Shown in pieces: positions 1 through 10,228 of a DNA stretch of 64,000 nucleotides (position 1 is its first letter; every line of letters starts with the position of its first letter). The notes under the pieces were generated by a model that was given only the letters and a program-made list of their open reading frames with translations, made no database searches and was not told the DNA's origin. Source of the DNA: Myxococcota bacterium (GTDB lineage Bacteria; Myxococcota_A; Polyangia; Nannocystales; Nannocystaceae); the NCBI GenBank assembly GCA_039028615.1, contig JBCCHT010000058.1:10268-74267 (forward strand), in the 5' to 3' direction. The position numbers and the translations under genes are program-made.

Positions 1-1488
1 GGCGCACCACCGCACGATGGTGTCGACGTCGGTCGCGGAGAACTGTCCCGAGGCGTGCTCCTGCAGGGCCTCGCGGATGCGGGACTCCGAGGTGTTGATC
101 TCGAGCCAGTCGGCCACGATGTCGCGCAGGCCGTCGCGGGCGTTGCGGAAGATGGTGGTGGCGGCAGCCTTGGTCTTGGGGTGCAGCTTGCTCGAGGCGC
201 GACCCTGGCCGAGCCACTGGAGCATTCGCTCCGCTCGCGGCAGGGGAGCCAGGCCCGAGCTGTTGTTCCACTGCGTGATGACCTGCTCGCCGCCCGCTCG
301 CTCACCGAGGCGCTCGGCCAGCTGATCGTCGACCTCCTGCACCTGCTCGGCCACGACGTCTTCGATCATGCGAATGACGGCCGGGTGCTTCTTGAAGCGC
401 ACCACGGGCTCGGGGACCGAGCTGGCGTAGCGCATGTCGAGCGAGAGCTTGAGGCGCTTGACCAGGGGCGCCGACCAGCGGCGATAGGTGGTCACGTTGA
501 CCCCGTCGACGCCCAGCGAGGGCAGGACGTGGCGGATGTACTCGACCAGGCCTTCGTTGAAGACGATGATCATCATCTTCTGGGGGGCGAAGCGCTTGGG
601 GTCCTGGAAGGCCAGGTAGGCCACGCGGTGGAGCGCGACGGTGGTCTTGCCCGAGCCTGCGCCACCTTGGATGAGCACGATGCCCGAGTCGGACTTGGTG
701 ATCAGCTCGAACTGCTGCTTGTCGATCAGCGCAGTGATCTCTTGCAGGTGCTTGTCGGCGCGGATCGGCTCGTCGTCGCCCATCACCCCGAGCTTGCGCT
801 TGTCGTAGCGGATGGCCGTGCCGCTGCCCCCGTGCAGGGTGGGCTGGGCCGAGCCCTCGGCCTCGCGCCAGTCGCCCTGGCGATCGAGCGAGAAGGTGCC
901 CTGGGGCGAGGCCACGCGACGAAGTCGGCCTTCGCCGACGGCGAGGCTGCGACGGGTCAGGATGCGCCCCTCGATGGTGCGATCGTCGAAGTCCTCTTCG
1001 TACTCGTCGTCTTCTTCGTAGCGGTAGTACAGGCGGCTGACCGGGGCGTTGCGCCAGTCCACCACGCTCACGCCGTCGCCGTCGTCGAGCAGGGTGTGGC
1101 GACCGATCAGCACGTCGCGCTCGCGGCCGCTCTTGGCCTCGCGCAGCCGAAGGTGCCCGAAGTACGGGTTCTTGGGATCGATGGGGATGCTGCGCCCCTT
1201 GCCTCGCTTGCGGGCGAGCGCCGCGACCTGATGCATCTGGTCGATGAGCGAAGGAACGTCTTCTTCCTTGGCTTCGGCGATCGCGTCGCGCAGCTCGATG
1301 AGCTGTGCGTCGAGGTCTTCGATCTGTTGGGGTGCCTCGCTCGCCTCTCGCTCGAGCCGGGCCTGCACCGACCCCAGGATGCGAAGCTCGTCCCCGACGA
1401 TCTGCACGCCTTTCTCCGACAGCTTCTCGAGCGCGGAGGAGGGTGCGGTGTCGTCCCCGGGTTCCCCCTGGAAGGTCCCTCTAGGCAT
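1..1488 (-). CDS. HelD/UvrD-like SF1 helicase, N-terminal part (runs off the left edge)
   Basis: Not in the ORF track. Manual minus-strand translation from ATG 1488 gives MPRGTFQ...NPYFGHLRL...VVDWRNAPVSRLYY...IDKQQFELIT...IQGGAGSGKTTVALHRVAYL, the motifs of the HelD-like family. Confidence 0.85.
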   Translation of the reverse strand, partial: MPRGTFQGEPGDDTAPSSALEKLSEKGVQIVGDELRILGSVQARLEREASEAPQQIEDLDAQLIELRDAIAEAKEEDVPSLIDQMHQVAALARKRGKGRSIPIDPKNPYFGHLRLREAKSGRERDVLIGRHTLLDDGDGVSVVDWRNAPVSRLYYRYEEDDEYEEDFDDRTIEGRILTRRSLAVGEGRLRRVASPQGTFSLDRQGDWREAEGSAQPTLHGGSGTAIRYDKRKLGVMGDDEPIRADKHLQEITALIDKQQFELITKSDSGIVLIQGGAGSGKTTVALHRVAYLAFQDPKRFAPQKMMIIVFNEGLVEYIRHVLPSLGVDGVNVTTYRRWSAPLVKRLKLSLDMRYASSVPEPVVRFKKHPAVIRMIEDVVAEQVQEVDDQLAERLGERAGGEQVITQWNNSSGLAPLPRAERMLQWLGQGRASSKLHPKTKAAATTIFRNARDGLRDIVADWLEINTSESRIREALQEHASGQFSATDVDTIVRWCA

Positions 1489-1671
1489 AAGTGCTACTGC
1501 ATAACAAACGCGCCCAAAAAGGAAAGCCCCGCGCGACCATGCGAAGCAGGGTGCGCGGCGCGAGCCCCACCGAAGTCCCCGTCGCCGCGTGGAATGGTGA
1601 GCCAACGCACCATCATGCATGGCTCGTGCATCGCGATGCCCAGCGATGATGCACGGGCTCCCGCTCGCGTC

Positions 1672-3333
1672 ATGACCTCTTCCTTCCGCTTCGTTCGCCT
1701 TCCCCGCCGCTCGCGGCTCGCTCTCGGCTCCGTTGCGCTCACGCTCGCGATGTCGTGCAGCAAGCAGCCGACCGCTCCGCCGCCGACGCAGCCTCCCGCC
1801 GCGGCCACCACCGAAGACGCGGTGCCGCGGACGCTCGATGCCGAGCGCATGCTCGCGCTGCTCGAAGAGCTGGCCAGCGACGAGTTCGGCGGTCGCTACA
1901 CCCTGCACGAAGACATCCGCCGTGCCGCCGAGGCGATCACCCGTCGCTACCGGGAGGTCGGCGTGCAGCCGGCCTCGGGTGACGACTTCGTGGTCGACTA
2001 CGAGCTGCGCGTCGGGGTGGAGCCGGGGCCCGATCTGTCGCTGACGATCGACAAGAACCGTCGCAAGTCCGTGTCGATCGCCGCTGAAGCCTTCGTGCCG
2101 CTGCCCGCGGGCGCACCGGGCAAGGTGGAGGGACCTCTGGTGTTCGTGGGCTACGCGATCGCGCAGCAGGGCACCGAGGGCATGGTGCTCGACGAGCTGA
2201 CCGGCGTGGACCTGAAGGGCGCGATCGCGGTGGTGCATGCCGGCAGCCCGCCGCCGAGCCCCGAGTCGCCCGAGGCTCGCTTCGGCCGCAACGATCGGCG
2301 CTTGGGGAAGAAACTCGAGCGACTCCAGGCGGCCGGGGCCGCGGGCGTGGTGGTCGTCAATCCCGATCCGGCCGCGACCCTGCCCGACATCAGCGAGGAT
2401 CGACCCGTCCGCAGTCACGTCTCGATCCCCGTGGTGCAGCTGGCCGCCAAAGAGGCCTACGCCAAGATCCCCAAGATCGACCGGCTTCGGGCCCAGATCG
2501 ACGAGACCAAGCAGTCACGGTCACGGGCGCTGAAGGGCATGCGGGTGTCGCTGAACAACGACGTCACCATTCGCACCATCAAGGCGCCCAATATTCTGGC
2601 GATGGTGCCCGGCACCGAGCTGCCCGACGAGATCGTGCTGCTCGGGGCCCACTTCGATCACATCGGCACCGACGAGCCCGGGCACGGGCACTGCCGCACG
2701 CGCGACGGCGACGCCATCTGCAACGGCGCCGACGACAACGGCAGCGGCACCGCCATCGTGGCCGAGCTGGCGATGCACATGAGCGACCCCGATCATCGGC
2801 CGCGTCGCACCGTCGTGTTCGCCCTCTTCTCGGGTGAGGAGCTCGGCCTGCTGGGCTCCAAGGCCCTCGCCGCGCAGATCGACGAGATCGAGCCCTTCGC
2901 GGGCCGCAAGATCGTCGCCATGCTCAACATCGACATGGTCGGCCGACTCCGCGAGCGCCTCACCGTGAGCGGGGTCGGCTCGAGCGACGGGTGGATGCCG
3001 ATGCTCGACGACATCGGCACTCGCGGCATGCGGATCCTGTACGACCGCGCTCTCACCACCCGCAGCGACCACGCACCGTTTTACGAGCATCAGGTGCCCG
3101 CGCTGTTCTTCTTCACCGAGCTGCACGGCGACTACCATGCGCCCGGCGACGGGATGGAGGGCATCCTGCGCGATGGCCTGGTGTCGGTGGCCGGCTTGGT
3201 CGGCGAGATCGCCGAGCGCCTCGCCAATGGTGACGGCATCACCTTCAAGCCAGCGACCAAGCCGAATGAAGGGCTCGTGCCCGCGCTGCCGGGCGACGAC
3301 CCCAGCACCATCGAGAAGGAAGTCGGGCCCTAG
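1672..3333 (+). CDS. M28-family aminopeptidase with PA domain, lipoprotein
   Basis: Lipobox-like LAMSC; motifs GAHFDHIG, NGADDNGSG, FSGEELGLLGS, NIDMVGR, RSDH and DYH; PA insert GPLVFVGY. The start codon is an estimate. Confidence 0.9.
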   Translation: MTSSFRFVRLPRRSRLALGSVALTLAMSCSKQPTAPPPTQPPAAATTEDAVPRTLDAERMLALLEELASDEFGGRYTLHEDIRRAAEAITRRYREVGVQPASGDDFVVDYELRVGVEPGPDLSLTIDKNRRKSVSIAAEAFVPLPAGAPGKVEGPLVFVGYAIAQQGTEGMVLDELTGVDLKGAIAVVHAGSPPPSPESPEARFGRNDRRLGKKLERLQAAGAAGVVVVNPDPAATLPDISEDRPVRSHVSIPVVQLAAKEAYAKIPKIDRLRAQIDETKQSRSRALKGMRVSLNNDVTIRTIKAPNILAMVPGTELPDEIVLLGAHFDHIGTDEPGHGHCRTRDGDAICNGADDNGSGTAIVAELAMHMSDPDHRPRRTVVFALFSGEELGLLGSKALAAQIDEIEPFAGRKIVAMLNIDMVGRLRERLTVSGVGSSDGWMPMLDDIGTRGMRILYDRALTTRSDHAPFYEHQVPALFFFTELHGDYHAPGDGMEGILRDGLVSVAGLVGEIAERLANGDGITFKPATKPNEGLVPALPGDDPSTIEKEVGP

Positions 3334-3335
3334 GC

Positions 3336-4127
3336 CTACTTCTTCACCAGCTCGACGATGTACTGGTGCGGCAGCGCTTCGCGGTCGCTTCGCTGCAGCA
3401 CCAACCCGACCGCGCCGAGCTGCTCGACCAGCCGCTCCTGCGCGATCCTCATCGCGGGCGGCGGCCCGGGGATGCCTTCGTCGGCGTCCTTTTTGAACTC
3501 CACGATCACCACCCGCCCCCCGGGCTGAAGCGTCTCGACCACATGCTCGAAGAAGACCTCGGGCGCTTCGATGTGGTGATAGACGTTGCACATGAACGCG
3601 ATGTCGACCGGCTGCGGTAGCGCAGGGTCGTCGGCCTCGCCCTGCACCGCCTTCAGGTTGGGCAGCCCCTCCCGCTGCGCCCGCTCGCCGAGGTAGCGCA
3701 CCATGTCCGGCTCGATGTCGTTGGCCAGCACCAACCCCTTCGGTGCGGCCCGAGCCAGGTGTACGGCGAAGTAGCCCGTGCCCGCTCCGAGGTCGGCGAT
3801 GACGGCATCCTCCGCGGGCGCGATGAAGTCCACCACCGCCTGCGGTCGCTGCCACTCGTCGCGCGACGGATCGTCGAACTGCTTGGCCCATTCGTCCGCG
3901 TCCTCGAAGCGATGGTGACGGTGGTGCCCGCGGCCATCGTGATCGGCCGACGGCTGAGCACCGTGCGTGTGGTGATCCCCGTGCTCGGGCCCCTCGCCGC
4001 TCTGCGCTCCGGGCTCGACGGACGCATCCTCGGTGCTCTTGGTGCACGCACTCAGGGCAATGACGGCACAGATCGAAATGGCGCGCAGATCGAGACCTCG
4101 CATGCGGTGGCTCTTATCATTTCGCAC
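3336..4127 (-). CDS. Class I SAM-dependent methyltransferase with lipoprotein signal and His-rich linker
   Basis: IADLGAGTGYF motif I, VYHHI, LQPGGRVVIVEF; signal ending ALSAC. Confidence 0.85.
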   Translation of the reverse strand: MRNDKSHRMRGLDLRAISICAVIALSACTKSTEDASVEPGAQSGEGPEHGDHHTHGAQPSADHDGRGHHRHHRFEDADEWAKQFDDPSRDEWQRPQAVVDFIAPAEDAVIADLGAGTGYFAVHLARAAPKGLVLANDIEPDMVRYLGERAQREGLPNLKAVQGEADDPALPQPVDIAFMCNVYHHIEAPEVFFEHVVETLQPGGRVVIVEFKKDADEGIPGPPPAMRIAQERLVEQLGAVGLVLQRSDREALPHQYIVELVKK

Positions 4128-4449
4128 GCGCGATCGAATGAACGGTCATCACCCTCATGCTCTTCACTGACAGTGAACGCGTTGGGCAATCCGTACTTTT
4201 TGCGCTTCAAGCCCAAGTCGCGAGCGGCCTGTCGGGGGGGCTACACGTGCAACAGAGGGAAGGTTCAATAAACCTGCGAAGGGCCGATCTTTGTGATTCC
4301 ATCGCCGATTTTCGACGTGTAGCTTGTAGGTCAAGGTGAACGATGTGGGTTCACTGCCCACCAAGGCAGTGGAGTCGTTCATCGCGGAAGGCTGGGGGCC
4401 AATTGGGCTCCCAGACGTGGGGAACGTAGGAAAACAGGAGGTCTGCGTG

Positions 4450-6171
4450 ATGCGACCAATGCGCATTCGTGAGGTCGTGGTTGCCCTGGGGCTGACCATG
4501 GCCAGTTGTGGAGACGGTTCCGACGGCCGGGCGGGCGATCCCGCGCGGCCCGGGGCGGACGGCGAGGATCAACAGCCGCTGGACGTGGAGCCGCTCGATC
4601 TGACCTCGAGTTTCGAGGACGCGGCGGAGGAGTTCGACGTACCGGTGCAGCTGCTGCAATCGGTCTCGTACACGGAGACCCGCTGGCAGATGGTGGACAG
4701 CGAACTGGAGTTCGAAGGGCGCCCGGCCACCTTCGGCCTGATGGCGCTGCGGTCCGATCGGCTCGAGGACGCGGCGGAGCTGGCCGGGGTCGACCCCGAC
4801 GAGGCGGCCTCGGAGGTGGGCGCGAACATTCGAGCCGCGGCGGCGTGGATGTCGGCGCAGGCGGACATGCTCGGCGTGGAGGATCGAGCCGACCTCGGGT
4901 CGTGGGCGGAGATCGTCGCCGACTACAGTGGAATCGAAGACGAAGTCGGACGCTCGAGCTACGTGTACCAAGGGGTCTACACGACGCTGCGCGAGGGCCT
5001 GTGGGTCGAGTCGGCGTCGGGAGAGTTTCGCGGCGAGATGGAGCCGGTCGATGCGTGGCCATCGTTCTTGGTACCGCCGCCGTCTCCGGTCGTCGCCCCC
5101 GGACCGGACTACCCGGCGTCGCTGTGGCGCCCCTCGGCCAACTACAGCAATCGTCCCGGCGGCGCGATCGGTGACCCGGGGATGGTCATCATCCACTCGT
5201 GCGAGGGCTCGTACGCGGGCTGCTGGAGCTGGCTGAAGAACCCGGCTTCGGGCGTCAGCGCCCACTACGTGATCAAGGAAGACGGCGAGGAGATCACCCA
5301 GCTGGTCCGCGAGAGCAAGAAGGCGTGGCACATCTCGGCCTCGTACGACTGCGATCGCAACAGTGACGTGGAGTGCTGGCGCAACGGCTACTCCAGCAAC
5401 CACTTCACGGTGGGCATCGAGCATGCGGGCTACGCGGGCCAGGCGAGCTGGGATCCCACGCTGATCGACGAGTCGGCGAAGCTGGTCTGCAACATCACCG
5501 AGGACCAGGACATCCCGCGCGACAGCTACCACATCGTTTCGCACGGTCAGCTGCAGCCGTGGAACCGCGTGGATCCGGGCCCCAACTGGCCATGGGACGA
5601 CTACCTCGACCTGATCGATGCGCACTGCGGAGAGGCGGCACCGCCTCCGCCTCCGCCTCCGGGCGGCGGTGGCGATCCTCCGCCGCCCGACGATCCGCCT
5701 CCGCCCCCCGGCGAAGATCCGCCCCCGCCCGGCGGTGAGCCGCCCGACTCGATCATCATCGACAGCAACAACGACAACAACGACGAGGCGCTGGGCTTCA
5801 TCGCCAAGTCGAGCAACTGGATCTCCTCGAGCGGCTCGGCGGAGCGCTACGAGACGGGCTACTGGTACGCGGGGGCGAGCCCGGTCTCCGACCCGGTGAC
5901 GTTCTGGTTCCACTCTCCCGACGGGGGCGAGTACACGGTCGACGCCTGGTGGACCGCGGGCACCAACCGCAGCGCCACCGCGCCCTTCGTGATCTACGGC
6001 GAAGGCGAGGGCGTGAGCGTGGTGAAGGTGAACATGCAGCAGGACGGCGGCCAGTGGAACGAGCTGGGCACGTGGACCTTCGCGCCCGGCTGGAACAAGG
6101 TGCAGCTGTCTCGCTGGACCTCGGGCGGCGGCGTGGTCATTGCCGACGCGCTGCGCGTGCGCAGCCCCTGA
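4450..6171 (+). CDS. N-acetylmuramoyl-L-alanine amidase (Amidase_2) lipoprotein, with lysozyme-like N-terminal region and golvesin-like C-terminal domain
   Basis: [35 protein letters not shown] and RVDPG motifs; poly-Pro linker; C-terminal YTVDAWW...NR...QWNELGTW...IADALR. Confidence 0.88.
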   Translation: MRPMRIREVVVALGLTMASCGDGSDGRAGDPARPGADGEDQQPLDVEPLDLTSSFEDAAEEFDVPVQLLQSVSYTETRWQMVDSELEFEGRPATFGLMALRSDRLEDAAELAGVDPDEAASEVGANIRAAAAWMSAQADMLGVEDRADLGSWAEIVADYSGIEDEVGRSSYVYQGVYTTLREGLWVESASGEFRGEMEPVDAWPSFLVPPPSPVVAPGPDYPASLWRPSANYSNRPGGAIGDPGMVIIHSCEGSYAGCWSWLKNPASGVSAHYVIKEDGEEITQLVRESKKAWHISASYDCDRNSDVECWRNGYSSNHFTVGIEHAGYAGQASWDPTLIDESAKLVCNITEDQDIPRDSYHIVSHGQLQPWNRVDPGPNWPWDDYLDLIDAHCGEAAPPPPPPPGGGGDPPPPDDPPPPPGEDPPPPGGEPPDSIIIDSNNDNNDEALGFIAKSSNWISSSGSAERYETGYWYAGASPVSDPVTFWFHSPDGGEYTVDAWWTAGTNRSATAPFVIYGEGEGVSVVKVNMQQDGGQWNELGTWTFAPGWNKVQLSRWTSGGGVVIADALRVRSP

Positions 6172-6178
6172 GGCCACG

Positions 6179-7351
6179 ATGCACGACGACGGGAACACTC
6201 GATCGATGGAACGCACGCTTCGGCGTGGCCTGGTGGGCCTGATGCTGTGCATCGGGGCCTGCCAAGGCCGTGGCGGTTCACCGGGCGGTACGCCCCCCGA
6301 GCAGCCGGCCGATGCCGAGGTCACCGAGGCTCCCGTCGTGGCGTCGACCACCCCCGAGCGCGCGCTCGATCTTCAGGCCCTGCCGGGGACGATCCATTTC
6401 GTCTCGGAGCGCGATGGCAACCTCGAGGTCTATCGCTGGCGGGCGGGAGCGTCGGTCGAGCGATTGACCGACGATCCGCGGGACGACTTCGTGGCCGAGG
6501 TCGCACCCGGAGGGCAGGGCTGGACGCGGGTGCGCACCGCAGGCGGTCACGATGCGCAGCAGTACCGCGAGGGGCTCACGTGGATGGCCGCGGGGGGCCC
6601 CGGGGTCGACTTCGGGGCCATCGGTCGCCGTGCTCGATCACCGAGCTGGTCTCTGCAGCGGGACTTCGTGGTGTTCGAGTCCGACGATCAGAGCCGCTTC
6701 AGCGACTTGTGGCGCTGGGACGGCCACGGGGCACCGCGGCGGCTGACCACGACCCGAGACGGGGCCTTCGAGCCCGCTGTCTCCCCCGACGGGCAACACA
6801 TCGCCTACGTGTCGAGTGATCCGGGCAACCCGGAGATCTTCGTGATGGACGCGGATGGAAGCGAGCCGCGTCGCCTGACGCACTGGCGTCGCGACGACCT
6901 CTCCCCGCGTTGGTCCCCGCAGGGCTCGACCGTGGCCTTTCTCCGTCGTGAACGCGGCGGGGTGCGATTGCAGCGACTCGAGCTCCACGACGACGGCACT
7001 CACGAAGAACGACCGCTCGTCATCACGCAGCCGGGGGAGCGCGTGCGGCATGCCGAGCATCGCTGGTCGCCCGACGGGCAGCGCATCGCGTACACCGTGC
7101 ATCGCCCGGGAGTCGCGGCGCAGGTCGTGGTCACCGAGCTCGCGACCGGCCAGACGCAGGTGGTCTCGCCGCCCGGGCTGACCGCGAGCATGCCGAGCTG
7201 GTCCCCGCAGGGGAGTCATCTCGTGGTGGCGGCGTTCGAGGACGATCCCGACGCGATGGATCTACATATCGTCGAGGTGGCGACCGGGGCTTCGGCTCGC
7301 CTCACCGACGACCCGGCCCCGGACTGGCTCCCGTACTGGTCCGCGGGTTGA
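6179..7351 (+). CDS. TolB-like PD40 beta-propeller lipoprotein
   Basis: Repeated PxWSPDG/WSPQG motifs, FVSERDGNLEVY; signal ending IGAC. Confidence 0.85.
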   Translation: MHDDGNTRSMERTLRRGLVGLMLCIGACQGRGGSPGGTPPEQPADAEVTEAPVVASTTPERALDLQALPGTIHFVSERDGNLEVYRWRAGASVERLTDDPRDDFVAEVAPGGQGWTRVRTAGGHDAQQYREGLTWMAAGGPGVDFGAIGRRARSPSWSLQRDFVVFESDDQSRFSDLWRWDGHGAPRRLTTTRDGAFEPAVSPDGQHIAYVSSDPGNPEIFVMDADGSEPRRLTHWRRDDLSPRWSPQGSTVAFLRRERGGVRLQRLELHDDGTHEERPLVITQPGERVRHAEHRWSPDGQRIAYTVHRPGVAAQVVVTELATGQTQVVSPPGLTASMPSWSPQGSHLVVAAFEDDPDAMDLHIVEVATGASARLTDDPAPDWLPYWSAG

Positions 7352-7362
7352 ACCAATAAAAA

Positions 7363-7398
7363 TTCGGGGCGCACTCCCGCCCAGGAGTGCGCCCCGAA
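7363..7398 (-). terminator. Intrinsic terminator hairpin
   Basis: Perfect 15-bp stem TTCGGGGCGCACTCC/GGAGTGCGCCCCGAA, followed by a T-rich tract on the minus strand, between convergent genes. Confidence 0.75.
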
Positions 7399-7406
7399 AA
7401 GGGGCC

Positions 7407-7450
7407 CGGATGGTCGGCAGGCGCCCGCCCAGACACCTGCCGACCATCCG
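7407..7450. terminator. Second strong hairpin between the same convergent genes
   Basis: 15-bp stem CGGATGGTCGGCAGG/CCTGCCGACCATCCG with a 14-nt loop; no clear U-tract. Confidence 0.45.
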
Positions 7451-7499
7451 TTCCACACGTCTTGCCGTCACCACCTGCCGTTTCCGACAGGAACTCGTT

Positions 7500-7871
7500 T
7501 CATGCACACGCCTTTGCGTCGGCCGTGTCGTCGAAGAGGAAGTCGCCGCGGCCCCAGTCGCTCTCGCGCGACCGGACATGGGCGACCAGAATGTTCCAAA
7601 GTCTCGAGCGGACCTCTGCCGGCACCACCGAGGCTCCGCGTGCGTCGATCCGCAGGTCGCGAGCGCCAGGGCCGTACATCCAGATCTCTCCGATGATGAG
7701 CCCGGGGTGGAGGTCGACGCCCAGCCCGTAGTGCTGGCCGCCGATGTCGGCGATGCCGTGCCACCGGAAGCGCACCGTGGGACCCGCCGTCTCCGTGACC
7801 ATGTCCGGGGCGACTCGGAGGTCGTCCACGTTGTGGCGGAGCCACTTGGGCAGGTCGTTGGGGTTGAGCAT
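7500..7871 (-). CDS. Hypothetical protein (123 aa)
   Basis: Globular-looking translation from MLNPNDLPKW, GC-rich third positions, followed by the terminator hairpins. Confidence 0.65.
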   Translation of the reverse strand: MLNPNDLPKWLRHNVDDLRVAPDMVTETAGPTVRFRWHGIADIGGQHYGLGVDLHPGLIIGEIWMYGPGARDLRIDARGASVVPAEVRSRLWNILVAHVRSRESDWGRGDFLFDDTADAKACA

Positions 7872-8101
7872 CGGAGGGGTCCTCGGAGGGATGGGGTGGC
7901 GAGAGGGCCAGCCATCTCTCCCTTGTGCCCTCCTAGTGAGCAAGGTCGAGGCCAAGGCCGAAGCGATCAACGATCTCTTGGGGTTGGCTCGAAAACCGGA
8001 TGGAAGCCCACTCAATTGGCGCCTATGCGATCGGCTACGGTGGTTTCGTGAGGTGACCACAGTCGTTGCAGCCTTGTGGACGCTGAACCTACAGTGGAGC
8101 C

Positions 8102-8731
8102 GTGAAGGGGTGGGCATGGACGCTGGCGCTGGTCCTCATGGGCTGCGGCGGCGACTCGGAGCCCGCCTCGGCGCCCAGCCCCGCCCCCGAGGGCCCGAGC
8201 ATCACCGGAAAGGTCGGGCCCGCGCCCAAGACCAAGGTCGACTACGCGCGCCGGGTCCTCGAGCTGCTGAGCAAGGACGACTGGGACGCCTACACCGACG
8301 TACTGGCCACCCGGGCAGACGTCATGGGGATGGAGCGGACGGGCACGCGCAAGAAGAGCCGACGGCAACGACGACGGTTGCGGCGGCAGGTCAACTCGCT
8401 GCGATCCGAGGAGGCCGAGCGGGGCTGGACCATGGTGCGTCGGGCGGTGCGGGATCGCGGTCTCGCCTGGGATGCGCTGAAGCTGCGCGACATCAAGGAG
8501 TCGCCGTCGCGGCGTCGCTCGGTGCCGTCGAACGCGACGGCCTCGCGGCTGGTGCTCGAGCTCGAACACGACCAGCAGATTTTTCGGCTCGACCTGGCGA
8601 CCGTGCTCGAGGTCAAACGCGGTTGGGTCGCCATCGAGGCCATGTCTTGGCACGACGGCGCCGAGACCTCGTCGCACGCCGAGAGCCTCCTGACGCCCCG
8701 GGGGGATCCACCCCTTGCGACTGGCCCCTGA
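8102..8731 (+). CDS. Hypothetical lipoprotein
   Basis: GGAG RBS before GTG; signal WTLALVLMGC. Confidence 0.75.
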   Translation: MKGWAWTLALVLMGCGGDSEPASAPSPAPEGPSITGKVGPAPKTKVDYARRVLELLSKDDWDAYTDVLATRADVMGMERTGTRKKSRRQRRRLRRQVNSLRSEEAERGWTMVRRAVRDRGLAWDALKLRDIKESPSRRRSVPSNATASRLVLELEHDQQIFRLDLATVLEVKRGWVAIEAMSWHDGAETSSHAESLLTPRGDPPLATGP

Positions 8732-8779
8732 CCGGCGCAGATTCTGGACGGTGGCATCGCCACCGAACGCTGCGCTGCC

Positions 8780-10204
8780 ATGACCGACGCGAACGACACG
8801 AGCCTGGCCGGACGAATCCTCGTCGTCGACGACGAGCGGAACATTCGCCGGACGCTCCGCATGGTGCTCGAGGGCGAGGGCGCGACGGTGGTGGAGGCGG
8901 AGACCGGCGAGAAGGCCCTCGTCGAGCTGGCCGCGGCCGAGCCCGCCATCGAGGCGGTGATCACCGACGTGATGATGCCCGGGATCTCGGGGCTCACCTT
9001 GCTCGAGCGCCTGCGTGACCCCGACAGCGGCCGTCCTCCGGTCCCCGTGATCATGATCAGCGGGCATGCCACGGTCGAGGATGCGGTCAAGGCCACCCGC
9101 CTCGGCGCGTTCGACTTCTTCGAGAAGCCGCTGGCCCGCGATCGCGTCATCGTCAGCGTGCGCAATGCCCTGCGCCAGTATCGGGCCGAGCAGCGCGTTC
9201 GGGCCCTGCGGCAGCGCATCCGCGGCTCGATCATCGGCGAGAGTACGCCGATGAAGACCCTGCTCGCCCAAGTCGCCAAGGTCGGGCGCAGCAAGGCGCG
9301 CGTGCTGATCACGGGAGAGAGCGGCTCCGGCAAGGAGCTCGTCGCCCGGGCCGTGCACGAGGCCAGCGACCGGCGGGATGCACCCTTCGTCAAGGTCAAC
9401 TGCGCCGCGATCCCCCGCGAGCTGATCGAGAGCGAGCTGTTCGGCCACGAGCGCGGGGCCTTCACGGGGGCCACCGCCCAGAAGCTGGGCCTGTTCGAGG
9501 TCGCCGACGGGGGCACCATCTTCCTCGACGAGATTGGCGACATGGCTCTCGGCGCTCAGGCCAAGGTGCTCCGGGTGCTCCAGAGCGGCGAGATCATGCG
9601 CGTGGGCGGCCGCAAGCTCTCGGTGGTCGACGTGCGGGTGCTGGCGGCCACGCACAAGAACCTGCCCGAGCTGGTCACCCACGGTGAGTTCCGCGAAGAC
9701 CTCTACTTCCGCCTCAACGTCGTGCCCATCCACGTGCCGCCGCTGCGCGAGCGGGCCGAGGACATCCCGCTGCTCGTGCGGAGCTTCATCGACGAGGCGT
9801 GCCGCGAAAACGGCATGACCGACAAGCCCATCGACGACGCCGCGCTGGGGATGCTGGTGCGCTACCGCTGGCCGGGCAACGTCCGCGAGCTGCGAAACGT
9901 GATCGAGCGGATGGTGATCCTCTCGGACGCCGACCTGCTGCCGTCGGACGTGCCCCCCGAGATTCAGGGCGACGAGCAGGTCGCGGCCGACTCCGGTTCG
10001 TTGGTCGAGATGAACGACAAGGGCTTCGAGCTCCCCGAGGGGCTCTCGCTGCGAGAGTTTCGGGAGGCGGTGGAGCGGGCGTTCATCTCACGTCGCCTGC
10101 AGGAGCTCGGATGGAACGTGTCGCGCACCGCCGAGTCGCTGGGCGTGGAGCGGACGCACCTGCACAAGAAGATGAAGGTGCTCGGGATTCAGCGCGGAGG
10201 CTGA
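8780..10204 (+). CDS. Sigma54-dependent response regulator (NtrC family: REC, AAA+, Fis-HTH)
   Basis: ILVVDDE, TDVMMP, GESGSGKE, GAFTGA, FLDEIG, FREDLYFRL, WPGNVREL, C-terminal HTH. Confidence 0.95.
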   Translation: MTDANDTSLAGRILVVDDERNIRRTLRMVLEGEGATVVEAETGEKALVELAAAEPAIEAVITDVMMPGISGLTLLERLRDPDSGRPPVPVIMISGHATVEDAVKATRLGAFDFFEKPLARDRVIVSVRNALRQYRAEQRVRALRQRIRGSIIGESTPMKTLLAQVAKVGRSKARVLITGESGSGKELVARAVHEASDRRDAPFVKVNCAAIPRELIESELFGHERGAFTGATAQKLGLFEVADGGTIFLDEIGDMALGAQAKVLRVLQSGEIMRVGGRKLSVVDVRVLAATHKNLPELVTHGEFREDLYFRLNVVPIHVPPLRERAEDIPLLVRSFIDEACRENGMTDKPIDDAALGMLVRYRWPGNVRELRNVIERMVILSDADLLPSDVPPEIQGDEQVAADSGSLVEMNDKGFELPEGLSLREFREAVERAFISRRLQELGWNVSRTAESLGVERTHLHKKMKVLGIQRGG

Positions 10205-10228
10205 GTCCCGCGGTGCGTGCCGCTCTCG

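Noticed and set aside
55..1671. N-terminal ~540 aa of the 1092-aa plus-strand ORF
   Set aside because: It is the antisense shadow of the minus-strand HelD-like gene. The peptidase begins near 1672 with a lipoprotein signal.
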